Below, one piece after another: positions 36,128 through 49,305 of a stretch of DNA of 64,000 bases. Position 1 is the stretch's first letter, and the number at the start of each line of letters is the position of its first letter. The translations under genes and the position numbers were made by a program. Location: contig NIVC01000895.1 in NCBI GenBank assembly GCA_002269645.1, forward strand, positions 8,309-72,308, read 5' to 3'. Below the pieces are notes generated by a model that worked only from the letters and a program-made list of their open reading frames with translations, had not been told where the DNA came from and made no database searches. The stretch comes from Macrostomum lignano. Taxonomy: Eukaryota.

Positions 36128-36260
36128 TTGCCTTGGGGTTGGCCCTCAAGCTGCAGGGCCAAGATTCCAATTTAGCCCCAAATTAATGTGACTGCACTTG
36201 GAATCGAGCCTGGGCCGCTGGCACATCAGAGCACCACTTGAATGGCGCGGAACTGCCCCC
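36128..36260 (-). mobile_element. SINE 5' fragment
   Basis: Reverse complement of GGCTCGATTCCAAGTGCAGTCACATTAATTTGGGGCT...GGCCAACCCCAAGGC. Confidence 0.8.
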
Positions 36261-36896
36261 CGTCTGCTTTCAACGCATGAATTTCAACAATAAGCATGGA
36301 CCTTAACTGGAGAAAGAGACAGTTTTTAAAAGTGCTTAAAATTTTCTATCTTAAAAACCTTGAATACTACAAAGGCTAAAGTACTCGTATTGTACCTAAT
36401 GACCCAAGAAGTTCGAGACAGTGAAAATTCTAGCAGAATTCATCAAAAACATTACACATGTTAGGATAAAACTACCATGAGCATATTTCCTTCGTTGTAT
36501 GAATTAGTTCAACTAATTCTAATAATCATAGAAATAGAATACAAAAAACCAGCATTAATAAAAATAATAATAAGATTTTCCAAAAATGGATATTAGTTAG
36601 AATTGTATTCAATAAAACACGCAATAAAATGTAGAAATAAAATTAGCTGTTAGAGATTCGAGCTGTTAGAATTAGCTGTTAGAGTTATAGAGATTCGTTA
36701 CTTTTTTAATGAACGTAAGAACTTTGTGAAGCACATTGTCAGTCGAAAAAGGACAAGTTTTTTAAAAACCACAAAGTACTAGAATAACTAGATGGGCCAC
36801 TAAGCACATTTGTGTTTAAGCTACTTTCAGTTCAGTAGCAAGTTAAACAGAAGCATTTTACTATATTTTTAAAGCCAAAGCTCATTTTATTGGCTC

Positions 36897-37165
36897 CTAC
36901 CGCCTAGCTTAAACCCTACAACCGCGTTTTCCACACTACCCCCGCCCCGCCCCAATTTTTATTGCCTTTCTCGGAATTCCAGCCTATACCGCCTAGCTTA
37001 AACCCTACAACTGCGCCTTTCCACACTACCCCCCGCCCGCCCCTATTTTTTATTGCCTTCTCGGAATTTCAGCCCTATACCGCCTAGCTTAAACCCTACA
37101 ACTGCGCCTTTCCACACTACCCCCCGCCCCGCCCCAATTTTTATTGCCCTTCTCGGAATTCCAGC
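36897..37165. repeat. Three tandem copies of a ~85-bp unit (ACCGCCTAGCTTAAACCCTACAAC...CTCGGAATTCCAGC)
   Basis: Direct reading. Confidence 0.9.
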
Positions 37166-37512
37166 CAAAAGCTGCAATGTACATTTTAGTGGACTGGCTA
37201 ATGTACATTATTGCTCAACCAATTAGCAAGTTGTTTACGCCTACAAAGCTTGGGGCTTCTCAAAGTCATTTCAGCTGCCTTTATTTTTATAAAATTAGCT
37301 TATGCATTCTTCTTTGCTACTGAACTGAAAGTATATAGAAAGCTGTTTTACCAAGTATATATGCCTGAGTGGCCCATCCAGTTATTTTAGTATCTTCAAA
37401 CTAAACCAAATGGAGATTCGTAGCGTTATTCTTCGCGTCTATTATTTAAAACAAAACGGAACGTAAGAACTTCACGACACAAATCGTTTGTCAAAAAGGA
37501 CAACAAGTTCTT

Positions 37513-39180
37513 TTAAAACTGGATAGCAACCAGCTTCTTGGACCAGGCTTCATCAGACTCGGCACAGTCCAGCATGAACTTGGCCACGTTAGCCCTGGAC
37601 ATTCGTCTGTCAGCAGCTTCCGGCACGAATTGCCCTTCGGCAGCTTTCAACTCTCTCTGCTCGTCCAGCGGCTCATTGGTTAAACCTGGCGGCTTCACCA
37701 CGGTGAAGTTGATGTCGGAGCACTGTTCAGTCAGGTGACACTCAGCGCGCCAAAAGTCGTCCATGTTTCGGCCGATTAGAAGCGGCTTGATCAGCCATTC
37801 GACCAGCTTCGGGTGCTCGGGACGATAGACGGTGCACTGCGCTGTCAGCAGGATGAACCGGGACACCTTGGCTGATCGCATGGCTGTCACGATTGCTGGC
37901 ACAGCGTCCGTCATCAGGTCGATGCGGAACAGGCTGACTGTGGCGCCCAGGGCTGACAGAACCGCGTCGCAGCCTGCGGATTTCAACATGTAGGAAGCAA
38001 AGCTGGAGCATCTGAGATCTGAGCATGATGCACATTGCACCACTCATGACTTACGACCCGGTCTGTCTATGACCTAAACTGTCGATGAACCAAACTTTCT
38101 ATGAACCAAACTGTCTATGACCTAAACTATCTATGAACCAAACTGTCTATGACCTAATCTGTTTATGATCTAAACTGTCTATGACCTAAACTGTCTATGA
38201 CCTAAACTGTCTATGACCTAAACTGTCTATGACCTAAACTGTCTATGACCTAAACTGTCTATGAATCAAACTGTCTATGAACCAAACTGTCTATGACCTA
38301 AACTATCTATGACCTAAACTGTCTATGACCTAATCTGTCTATGTTATAAACTGTCTATGACCTAAACTTTCTATGACCTAAACTGTCTGACCTAAACTGT
38401 CTATGACCTAAACTGTCTATGACCTAATCTGTCTATGACCTAAACTGTCTATGACCTAAACTGTCTAGGCTCCTGTGTGAGTGTGTGCCTGCGTACGTAT
38501 CCGCGCGCTTGTATGCCTGCTCAGGGGAGTCGGCGGAATGGGCAGTAATGCCTCTCGCCGGTTGTGTGCCTATGTCGCTTAAAGTGCGCCAGGTTGCACA
38601 CAACCCCCCTGCCTCTAATAAAAAAAACTGTCTATGACCTAAACTGTCTATGACCTAAACTGTCTATGACCTAAACTGTCTATGACCTAAACTGTCTATG
38701 ACCTTAACTGTCTATGACCAGATCTATCAATTACCGAATCTATTTTATGACCAATGAATAATTTTAAGCATGCATAAATCTATTTATGATCGAACCTATC
38801 AATGACGAAATCTATCTATGAACAAGTTTTTTATGACCAATTGTATCAATCGTCAAATCTATTTTTCCAAATCTATTTATGACCAAATGAATGAGCAAGT
38901 CTTTGACCAAATCTACCCAACCAAACACAGCACAAGCTATACAGAAAATCAACCAACCATCGAAGGCCTCAGCCAGAAGTTTCTGCTCGGCCTCTCCAGC
39001 GGCAGCCGACATGTCAGGCACCTGTTTGACTGTCAGGCCAGGCTGTGTCAGCCTGTCAGAGCCCAGCTTATCCGGGCTGCGGACCACAGCGACCACCTGG
39101 TGGCCCCTGGCAAGTGCCTGATCTACCAGCAGCAACCCAGTGGGGCCCGTGGCTCCCAGGATGGCAAGCTTCATCGCCAT
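37513..39180 (-). CDS. BLVRB: Flavin reductase / biliverdin reductase B-like, copy 1 (intact); exons 39180-38958, 37973-37513 (227 aa)
   Basis: KLAILGATGPTG, VVRSPDKL, DAVLSALG, TVVKPPGL, RANVAKFML; phase-1 GT-AG intron. Confidence 0.85.
38055..38890. repeat. 15-bp minisatellite (CTGTCTATGACCTAA) in BLVRB copy 1 intron
   Basis: Direct tandem repeat, interrupted by a SINE fragment. Confidence 0.95.
38470..38627 (+). mobile_element. 5'-truncated SINE copy with A tail inserted in the minisatellite
   Basis: Matches 15980-16168; ends CTCTAATAAAAAAAA. Confidence 0.85.
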
Positions 39181-39384
39181 TTTATATCAGATTTAAGAAA
39201 AAAATTAGAGTTTATTGACTGATTAGCTGAACGTAGGGCTTCGATTTGATGGAGTTCGTCTGCAGCAGAGTTGCATGAATTGGTTAGTTAAGCCGAGCAA
39301 GCATTTAGAAATTGTTTTGCATTTTTTTAAATCGAAAGGTGAATTTACTGGTTTAATCGGTTCATGAACGAATCTTATCGTACG

Positions 39385-40420
39385 ACTGACTGTCTATGAC
39401 CGAATCTGTCTATAACCTAATCTGTCATGACCGAATCTGTCTATGACCTAATCTGTCTATGAACTAACCTGTCTATGAACGAACTTGTCTATGACCGAAT
39501 CTGTCTATGACCTAATCTGTCTATGACCGAATCTGTCTGTGACCTAATTTGTCTATGACCTTATCTGTCTATGAACTAACCTGTCTATGACCTAATCTGT
39601 CTATGACCTAATCTGTCTATGACCTAATCTGTCTATGACCTAATCTGTCTATGAACTAACCTGTCTATGAACTAACCTGTCTATGAACGAACTTGTCAAT
39701 GAACGAATCTGTCTATGACCTAATCAGTCTATGACCGAATCTGTCTGTGACCTAATTTGTCTATGAGCTTATCTGTCTATAAACTAACCTGTCTATGACC
39801 TAATCTGTCTATGACCTAATCTGTCTATGACCTAATCTGTCTATGACCTAATCTGTCTATGACCTAATCTGTCTATGACCTAATCTGTCTATGACCTAAT
39901 CTGTCTATGAACTAACCTGTCTATGACCTAATCTGTCTATGACCTAATCTGTCTATGACCTAATCTGTCTATGACCTAATCTGTCTATGAACTAACCTGT
40001 CTATGAACTAACCTGTCTATGAACGAACTTGTCAATGAACGAATCTGTCTATGACCTAATCAGTCTATGACCGAATCTGTCTGTGACCTAATTTGTCTAT
40101 GAGCTTATCTGTCTATAAACTAATCTGTCTATGACCTAATCTGTCTATGACCTAATCTGTCTATGACCTAATCTGTCTATGACCTAATCTGTCTATGACC
40201 TAATCTGTCTATGAACTAACCTGTCTATGACCTAATCTGTCTATGACCTAATCTGTCTATGACCTAATCTGTCTATGAACGAACCTGTCTATGACCTAAT
40301 CTGTCTATGACCTAATCTGTCTATGACCTAATCTGTCTATGAACTAACCTGTCTATGACCGAATCTGTCTATGACCTAATCTGCGTGTGACCTAACCTAT
40401 CTATGACCCAACCTGTCTAT
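39385..40420. repeat. 15-bp minisatellite (CTGTCTATGACCTAAT) between BLVRB copies 1 and 2
   Basis: Direct tandem repeat with higher-order duplication. Confidence 0.97.
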
Positions 40421-40646
40421 CTGGCTCAACATGTACTTATTAAATGAGAGCGATAAATCTGTTTTTGCAGTAGGGTAAACGATTTAAAAAGTCGACAAAC
40501 AGCCGAATTTCTCATATATAAAAAAGGCCTATGATTGATGACAACTAAAATCGAAATTAAATAATAATAATCATTACGGTCTATTGTTATTGTGACCTGA
40601 TAAAAAATTGGCATTAACTGAAAAATCAATGAATATATTCAGTTCA

Positions 40647-41661
40647 TTAGTACTGGATAGCCACCAGCTTCTTGGACCAGGCTTCATCAGACTCGGCACA
40701 GTCCAGCATGAACTTGGCCACGTTGGCTCTAGGTACGTAAAGCTCCGAAGCATCCGGTACGAATTGCCCTTCGGCAGCCTTCATCTCTCTCTGCTCGTCC
40801 AGCGGCTGGTTGGACAAACCTGGCGGCTTCACCACGGTGAAGTTGATGTCGGAGCACTGCTCATTCAAGTGACACTCGGGACGGTAGACGGTGCACTGCG
40901 CTGTCAGCAGGATGAACCGGGACACCTTGGCTGATCGCATGGCTGCCACAATTGCTGGCACAGCGTCCGTCATCAGGTCGATGCGGAACAGGCTGACTGT
41001 GGCGCCCAAGGCTGACAGAACCGCGTCGCAGCCTGCGAAAGTTTGATAGTAACAAACCATGCGACACATATTACTACGAGTAGTAGAAGCATTAAGTAAA
41101 TATATTAAGAAAAGCTAAAAGCATACGATTGATGATCTTTGAGGAAGAATCCCTAGTTGGGAAGAATCCAGGTAGTGTTGGAAATTAGAATCCCTTAGCT
41201 TTGTGGAAGAATCCTTTAACCTAGTGTTGGGAAGAATCCCTTAGCGTTGGGAAGAATCCCTTAGTCTTGGGAAGAATCCCCTTAGTGTTGGGAAGAATCT
41301 CTTTTAATTTTGGGAAGAATCCCCTTAGTGTTGGGAAGAATCCCTTTTAATTTTGGGAAGAATCCCCTTAGTGTTGGGAAGAATCCCTTTTAATTTTGGG
41401 AAGAATCCAGCTAGTCGGGAAGAAGCTGAGCCACATACCCTCGTAGGCCTCAGCCAGAAGTTTCTGCTCGGCCTCTCCAGCGGCAGCCGACATGTCAGGC
41501 ACCTGTTTGACTGTCAGGACAGGCTGTGTCAGCCTGTCAGAGCCCAACTTATCCGGGCTGCGGACCACAGCGACCACCTGGTGGCCCCTGGCAAGTGCCT
41601 GGTCTACCAGCAGCAACCCGGTGGGGCCCGTGGCTCCCAGGATGGCCAGCTTCATCGGCAT
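40647..41661 (-). CDS. BLVRB: BLVRB-like copy 2 with an in-frame 25-codon deletion; exons 41661-41439, 41032-40647 (202 aa)
   Basis: Splice sites intact; VYRPE|CHLNEQ lacks HPKLVEWL...FWRAE present in copies 1 and 3. Confidence 0.75.
41140..41407. repeat. ~21-bp minisatellite (TTGGGAAGAATCCCTTAG) in copy 2 intron
   Basis: Direct tandem repeat. Confidence 0.9.
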
Positions 41662-42042
41662 CTTGTTGGCACTTGAAGAAAAGTACTTTTATTTAATTGC
41701 TGCTTTTATTTATTGAATTTCTCGAGGCAAAAGTGGCTTCACTGAAAAATCGACAGCTCATGTTGATTCACAGAGGCCGCGTTTAAGCAATCAGTTTACA
41801 TTAGCAGGTGGTTTACTCAAATTATGTTATGTTTTAAGCAGTTTTATAGTTAGATTTAAAAAATTCCATGACAACTCCAGCTGAGGCTTAAGCGGTGAAT
41901 AGAATGTCAGCCATGACCATGTGTGAACATTAAGTTAAAGGTTATATGTACACGTCAATCCATTAATTTTTGTATATGAGCGTATGAATTAGATATTCCC
42001 ATGATATGTAGCGATTTGGCGCCGCAGCTCAGTGTTAAACTG

Positions 42043-42118
42043 CACATGCCTGATTAGAAAGCCAGGACCGCTGTACACCCGGTGTGATTGTGTGCATGAG
42101 TGCGTGTGCCTGCGTGCA
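42043..42118 (+). mobile_element. Diverged SINE internal fragment
   Basis: CACATGCCTGATTAGAAAGCCAGGACCGCTGTACACCCGGTGTG resembles the SINE body and the 43588 copy. Confidence 0.55.
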
Positions 42119-43137
42119 GTATTGCATCACATTGCAGGTTATTGGACAATGTGCCTTCAGCAATTTTTGTTATAAACGATAAGTTTCCAATCCAGATGTC
42201 ATCATTTTGACTCCATGATCAAGCAATAGAAAACTCCTTAAAACTTCTCTAATAATGTCAATCGTACGCTCTGATGAAAGCAGAAAAGAAACACAACATA
42301 AAATACGAAATATTGTATCAATTTATTAAATGTAAACAAATTAACAATATCTATTTATGTTGCTTTAATTCGCAGATAAATTTATTAGAAAAAAAACATT
42401 TTTGTCAATGAATTATGCTAAAAAAATATCCGTCGATCAAAATATTTCATAAATGTAAAACGTTTTCATTGGTAGAAAAAAATTATAAAGAATCAAATTT
42501 TGTAAATTGCATAATTAAATCAAACACCAATAAATCAAAGTTGACTGTTTCTGCAGAACATTTTTTCTACTAGAAGACGTAAAAACTGTTCAGAACTGGA
42601 TAGCCACCAGCTTCTTGGACCAGGCTTCATCAGACTCGGCACAGTCCAGCATGAACTTGGCCACGTTGGCCCTGGAAATTCGCCTGTCAGTACCTTCGGG
42701 CACGAACTGACCTTCGGCAGCCTTCACCTCTCGCTGCTCGTCCAGCAGCTCATTGGTTAAACGGGGCGGCTTCACCACGGTGAAGTTGATGTCGGAGTAC
42801 TGCTCATTCAAGTGACACTCGGCACGCCAGAAGTCCGCCAGATTCCGACCAATAAACAGCGGCTTGACCAGCCATTCGACCAGCTTCGGGTGCTCGGGAC
42901 GGTAGACGGTGCACTGCGCTGTCAGCAGGATGAACCGGGACACCTTGGCTGATCGCATGGCTGCCACAATTGCTGGCACAGCGTCCGTCATCAGGTCGAT
43001 GCGGAACATGCTGCCCGGAGCGCCCAAGGCTGACAGAACCGCGTCGCAGCCTGCGGATTTCAACATGTAGGAAGCAAAGCTGGAGCATCTGAGATCTGAG
43101 CATGATGCACATTGCACCACTCATGACTTACGACCCG

Positions 43138-43485
43138 GTCTGTCTATGACCTAAACTTTCTATGAACCAAACTGTCTATGAACCAAACTGTCTATGACCT
43201 AAACTATCTATGACCTAAACTGTCTATGACCTAATCTGTCTATGACCTAAACTGTCTATGACCTAATCTGTCTATGACCTAAACTGTCTATGACCTAAAC
43301 TGTCTATGACCTAATCTGTCTATGAACCAATCTGTCTATGAACCAAACTGTCTATGAACCAAACTGTCTATGACCTAATCTGTCTATGAACCAATCTGTC
43401 TATGAACCAAACTGTATGACATAAACTGCCTATGACCTAGTCTATGAACCAAACTATGACCTAAACTGTCTATGACCAGATCTAT
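43138..43485. repeat. 15-bp minisatellite (same family as 38055-38890)
   Basis: Direct tandem repeat. Confidence 0.93.
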
Positions 43486-43587
43486 GAATGTTACGAGTTG
43501 ATAAAATGTCAAGTATATTACTGACAGTAGACAAGCAGTAACTCAATAATTATTTTAACAATTGATACGCGTACTGCAAATAATATA

Positions 43588-43850
43588 TTTGGGCTGCAGG
43601 GCACCCTGGTGCAACGCCTTCGGTGACACCGTCCCGCAGCCAGCGCTGACGGCAATTCTGCCCATTCCGCTGACTGCTGAGCACATGCAAGGGCGCTTAT
43701 ACAACACGCTCACACACGGTGTACACAGCATCCTTGACTTTCTAATCCTCAGGCATGTAGACTCCCTGTGTCTTGGAGGTTGGCTGTCACGGGTTTGAAT
43801 CGCTCATCTCCAAATTAATGAGGTCGCATACCGGGACGAATTCGAGCCCC
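43588..43850 (-). mobile_element. Diverged SINE subfamily copy
   Basis: Reverse complement has a B-box-like GGCTCGAATTC, CATTAATTTGG, GCCAACCTCCAAG, TGTACAC and a CAGCGGAATGGGCAGAATTGCC tail. Confidence 0.7.
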
Positions 43851-43879
43851 AAACAAGAGCAGCAAACAGAGAATCTGAA

Positions 43880-44146
43880 GGAAAAAATCCCTCTTAAAGT
43901 TGAGAAGAATCCCTTTTAGTCTTGGGAAAACCCCTTTTAGTCTTGGAAAGAATCCCTTAGTCTTGGGAAGAATCCCTCTTAGTGTTGGGAAGAATCCCTT
44001 AGTCTTGGGAAGAATCCCTCTTAGTGTTGGGAAGAATCCCTTAGTCTTGGGAAGAATCCCTCTTAGTGTTGGGAAGAATCCCTTAGTCTTGGGAAGAATC
44101 CCTTAGTCTTGAGAAGAATCCCTCTTAGTGTTGGGAAGAATCCCTT
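43880..44146. repeat. ~21-bp minisatellite (same family as 41140-41407)
   Basis: Direct tandem repeat. Confidence 0.9.
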
Positions 44147-44944
44147 GTTTCTGCTCGGCCTCTCCAGCGGCAGCCGACATGTCAGGCACCTGTTTGACTG
44201 TCAGGCCAGGCTGTGTCAGCCTGTCAGAGCCCAGCTTATCCGGGCTGCGGACCACAGCGACCACCTGGTGGCCCCTGGCGAGAGCCTGGTCTACCAGCAG
44301 CAGCCCGGTGGGGCCCGTGGCTCCCAGGATGGCCAGCTTCATCGGCATCTTGTTGGCACTTGAAGAAGACTTTTGCTTTAATTGGAGTTGCTAAGGCCTG
44401 TGGTGAGGCTAGGAAGCCTGCATAAATATATAAATCAATGGTGATGAATAAGACGCAGCAGATTCTGGATAAGGCAGAGCCTGTGTCTCTTTGAAAGGAA
44501 CTTCTGTCTATTTGCTGTCAGTAGCTCGTATGCTCAGTGCTCCAATGGAATCAAGCTTTTCCAAGAAAGAAAATCCAAGAAAAAACACAATTTTATCCAA
44601 AATCAGCTTCAGACCTATTAATTGGTCTTGTTGTTTGCTTGCTGTTTTATTAAAGTGCAACGGTGATCGACAGACAGATGATCTACAAGATTATTCGAAC
44701 GCGAAACAATACAATTCACAATGCACAAGGTTACTCAGCTTAAAATGCGCAGAAATCACACCCTAACAACCGGCCACAAAGAGATGGAGAGAGACAAACA
44801 GTTGTCCTTATTTTTCTTTTAGTTTATTTTTGAATTGTCAAATGCAATATAAAAAAAACACGATTATTTTTGTTTAAAACAAGACTTTTTAACGCGATTT
44901 TATATTAGTAAATAGTGACGACCGCATCACTTTTGAACGATCAT

Positions 44945-47648
44945 TTAATCAGAATCGGAATCGAACTTCTTGCTTTTATTGCCGTCGCCGGTGTCCGTCG
45001 ACATTCGCGGCTTCTTGTTGAACGGCGCTCCGTCCTCGCCGCCGCCGAAACGTTTGCCGCCTCCCCCGAAGCCGCCGCGACCTCCGCGGTCGCCGAAGCC
45101 TCCACCGCGACCTCCTCGACCGCCTCCTCGGTCACTGAAGCCACCGAAGCCGCCGCGACCTCCGCGGTCGCCGAAGCCTCCACCGCGACCTCCGCGACCT
45201 CCTCGACCGCCTCCCCGGTCACCGAAGCCACCGAAGCCGCCGCGACCTCCTCCGCGACCTCCAAATCCACCGCCGCGGCCGCCGCCCTCTTTGGGCGGTC
45301 GGTCATCGCGATATTCCAGCCGGATCTGACGCCCGTCTAGAGACAGCGAAGCGTTGTCCGACATCGCTTTAGTGGCTGCTTCGTCCTGATAGGGTTAAAT
45401 GCAGAACTAGACAGTGAGACTGTTTTTTTAGTTCTAGGTCAAGGTTAATATTGAGAAGTTTCGACTGGAGTAAACAAGTAAACAGACCTCCAAGACAGGT
45501 GAGAGACAGACTCTCTCAGACAGGTGAGAGACAGACTCTCCAAGACAGGTGAGAGACAGACTCTCCCAGACAGGTGAAAGACAGACTCTCCCAGACAGGT
45601 ACGTGAGACAGACTCTCCCAGACAGGTACGAGAGACAGACTCTCCCAGACAGGTGAGAGACAGACTCTCTCAGACAGGTGAGAGACAGACTCTCCCAGAC
45701 AGGTGAGAGACAGACTCTCCCAGACAGGTGAGAGACAGACTCTCTCAGACAGGTGAGAGACAGACTCTCCCAGACAGGTGAGAGACAGACTCTCTCAGAC
45801 AGGTGAGAGACAGACTCTCTCAGACAGGTGAGAGACATACTCTCTCAGACAGGTGAGAGACAGACTCTCTCAGACAGGTGAGAGACAGACTCTATCAGAC
45901 AGGTGAGAGACAGACTCTCTCAGACAGGTGAGAGACAGACTCTCTCAGACAGGTGAGAGACAGACTCTCTCAGACAGGTGAAAGACAGACTCTCTCAGAC
46001 AGGTGAGAGACAGACTCTCTCAGACAGGTGAGAGACAGACTCTCTCAGACAGGTACGAGAGACAGACTCTCCCAGACAGGTGAGAGACAGACTCTCTCAG
46101 ACAGGTGAGAGACAGACTCTCCCAGACAGGTGAGAGACAGACTCTCTCAGACAGGTGAGAGACAGACTCTCTCAGACAGGTGAGAGACAGACTCTCTCAG
46201 ACAGGTGAGAGACAGACTCTCTCAGACAGGTGAGAGACAGACTCTCTCAGACAGGTGAGAGACAGACTCTCTCAGACAGGTGAGAGACAGACTCTCTCAG
46301 ACAGGTGAGAGACAGACTCTCTCAGACAGGTGAGAGACAGACTCTCTCAGACAGGTGAGAGACAGACTCTCTCAGACAGGTGAGAGACAGACTCTCTCAG
46401 ACAGGTGAGAGACAGACTCTCTCAGACAGGTGAGAGACAGACTCTCTCAGACAGGTTAGAGACAGACTCTCTCAGACAGGTGAGAGACAGACTCTCCAAG
46501 ACAGGTGAGAGACAGACTCCCAGACAGGTGAGAGACAGACTCTCTCAGACAGGTGAGAGACAGACTCTCTCAGACAGGTGAGAGAGAGACTCTCTCAGAC
46601 AGGTACGAGACAGACTCTCTCAGACAGGTACGTGAGACAGACTCTCCCAAACAGGTGAGAGACAGACTCCCAGACAGGTGAGAGACAGACTCCCAGACAG
46701 GTACAAGACAGACTCTCCCAGACAGGTGAGAGACAGACTCTCCCAGACAGGTGAGAGACACTCTCCCAGACAGGTACGTGAGACAGACTCTCCCAGACAG
46801 GTGAGAGACAGACTCTCCCAGACAGGTGAGAGACAGACTCTCCCAGACAGGTGAGAGACAGACTCTCCCAGACAGGTGAGAGACAGACTCTCCCAGACAG
46901 GTGAGACAGACTCAAAACTGGTAGCTTACGGTCTCAAAGGTGACAATAGCGAATCCCTTGCTGCGTCGATCCTGATCCTTGGGTATGAACATGTCGCTAG
47001 CCTCGGGAAAGTGCTCTCGCAGCGAGTCTGTTGTAGCGCTAAACGGCAGATTAAACACGCCAATAGTTTTAGTCTGAGGCTTGTTCGAGTTGCCTGGCAA
47101 CTGTCTCTGCGGTGCAAACCGAATCCCAATCTCGCGGCCGTCCATCTTACTGGCCGAGCCGAATCGATCGAATGCGTCCGAGCAGGCTTGCTCAGATTCG
47201 AATTCAACAAAACAGGCGCCGAATTCTTGACCGGGCCGAGCCTTGGCCGAGTAGCGAACTCCGCCGGGGAAAGCAGTTCGAATACTGTCCGACGAGTCGC
47301 GACCGCAGGCCTCGGCTGGCAGGTTGGTGAGCATTAGGGTGCGAGTCTGGCCGCGCAACTCCGACTGGTCGGAGGCTTTGCTTGCTGGCGACGGCGACGA
47401 GGACTTCTGAGTTTTTTTATAGGACAGAGGAGGGTCGGGATGTTTGCCGGTTACAGAACAAGAAATGCCGAGAAAATCAAAAGCGACAGTCGATAAGCAA
47501 CAAGCAGAGGCGGAGGTCGCAGTAAGTCGCCATGCCAATAATTAGACAGACAGACAGAAAGGCAGACAGGCAAGCAGGACAGAAAGACAGAAACTAAAAC
47601 AGACAGACACACTAAAACAGACAGACAGGCAGGACAGACAGACAGATT

Positions 47649-47688
<40 letters not shown>

Positions 47689-49305
47689 TTAAAACAGACA
47701 GACACTAAGACAGACAGACGGACACACACAGAACAGATAAGCGACACCCCAGCGCACCTTAGCAGTGTCCGGCTTGCCCTCCTTGTTACTAGCAGCGGCC
47801 TTGGCCTGCTCAGCCTTGCCAACATAATAGCTGGCCTTGACAGGCTTGCCAGCCAGCAGGTGACCGGACAGACTCTCCAGCAGAGTCTGAGCTGCGGCGG
47901 TCCCAGCCAGCCGGACAATGGCTTGACCTCTGTGCGCATTGCCCGAGCCTTTCTTAACCAGCAGTTGAGCAGACAGAAGCTCGTCAGCTCGGCCGCCAAG
48001 TTTAGATTTCACCAGACTGGTCAGCGACGAGTCGTTCATTTCAGCTGGCAGATTCGACACGAACAGAGCGGCATTGTCCGTGTTGCCTGGCAACGGGCTG
48101 CTGCCAGTCTGTTGCAGCAGTAGGTCAGGCTTCCCAGCCAGTTGGCAGGCGGCCAATTGGCGACTTTTATAGGCGGCGCCTTGGCATTTGGCCAGAGCCG
48201 ACGCGGCGTCCTGGGCGGTTGACAAGCCCAGGATGGCTACGGGAGAGTCGAGAACGGCAGCGCTAACGTATGGTACGCCTCGCCTGCTCAGGTAGTTCTT
48301 TAAATCCGACACGCTTGTGTGAGCCTCTAAATTGCCTAGCAACAGATACTGCGTTGCCTTGGCAACTGGCACTTTGGCGCCGTTGGTTACAGTTTTGGTC
48401 GGCTTTGAGTCGTTCTCAGCTGCTTCTTCTTCTTCATCAGATTCTTCAGAATCGTCTTCATCGTCCTCATCAGAGTCGTCTTCATCATTATTAGCTGGCA
48501 ATTTCTGCTTCTTAGCTGCTGGCATCTGCTGCTCTTCTTCTTCTTCCGAATCTTCTTCTTTCTCGTCTTCTTCGTCAGATTCGTCATCATCTTCATCAGA
48601 TTCGGCCGAATCTTTCTGCTTGCCAACCGGCACCTTAATGACTTTCTGTTGCTTAGCAACCGGCTCCTCTTCCGAATCATCATCCTCATCCTCATCCTCA
48701 TCGTCATCTTCTTCATCGTCGTCTGAGTCGTCATCGTCTTCATTCGGTATGATCTGCTTTCTAATTGCAGGATTCTGTTGCTTAGCAACCGGAGTCTGTT
48801 GCTTAGCTACCGGAGTCTGTTTCTTAGCAACCGGAGTCTGTTGCTTAGCAACCGGAGTCTGTTTCTTAGCAACCGGTGTCTGCTTCTTACCAGCCGGCGT
48901 CTGTTGCTTAGCAACCGGAGTCTGTTGCTTAACAACCGGAGTCTGTTGCTTAGCAACCGGTGTCTGTTTCTTACCAGCCGGCGTCTGTTGCTTAGCAACA
49001 ATGGGTGACTTCTTTGGAGCGGGCGCAGGTGCATCATCAGAGTCGTCGCTATCGCTATCGCCGACGTCCATAAGCTGCTGCGCTGGTTGCTTAGCAACTG
49101 GAGACTGCTTCGGCTTGCCTGGCGACTGCACAACCTTAGGCTGCATGACTGTCGCATTATCCGAGTCCGAGTCGCTCTCGTCGGAATCTGCAGCGGCCAG
49201 AGGTGCCGCAGCCTTCTTAGGCGACGGAGTTGGCTGGGCCTTTGGGTTCGGCGACTTCTTGCCGCCGGCTTTGCCCTGCTGCTGCTTCTTTTTCATCATC
49301 ACCAT
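44945..49305 (-). CDS. NCL: Nucleolin; exons 49305-47758, 47406-46930, 45385-44945 (821 aa)
   Basis: Basic N-terminus with ten TPxxK heptads and acidic tracts, four RRM-like segments (YLLLGNL, LFVSNL, LMLTNL..ACFVEF, IGVFNL..KGFAIVTF), C-terminal RGG/GGF tail; phase-0 introns join. Confidence 0.9.
45480..46910. repeat. 24-bp minisatellite (CAGACTCTCTCAGACAGGTGAGAGA) in the nucleolin last intron
   Basis: Direct tandem repeat. Confidence 0.97.
47540..47735. repeat. (GACA)n microsatellite in a nucleolin intron
   Basis: Direct reading. Confidence 0.9.

Larger units (their letters stand above)
42590..44348 (-). pseudogene. BLVRB: BLVRB-like copy 3: exon 2 intact (43050-42590), exon 1 truncated at 44147 with the splice donor deleted
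   Basis: Exon 1 runs ...AEQK straight into the GGGAAGAATCCCT minisatellite; the last codons and GT donor seen in copies 1 and 2 are absent. Confidence 0.7.
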
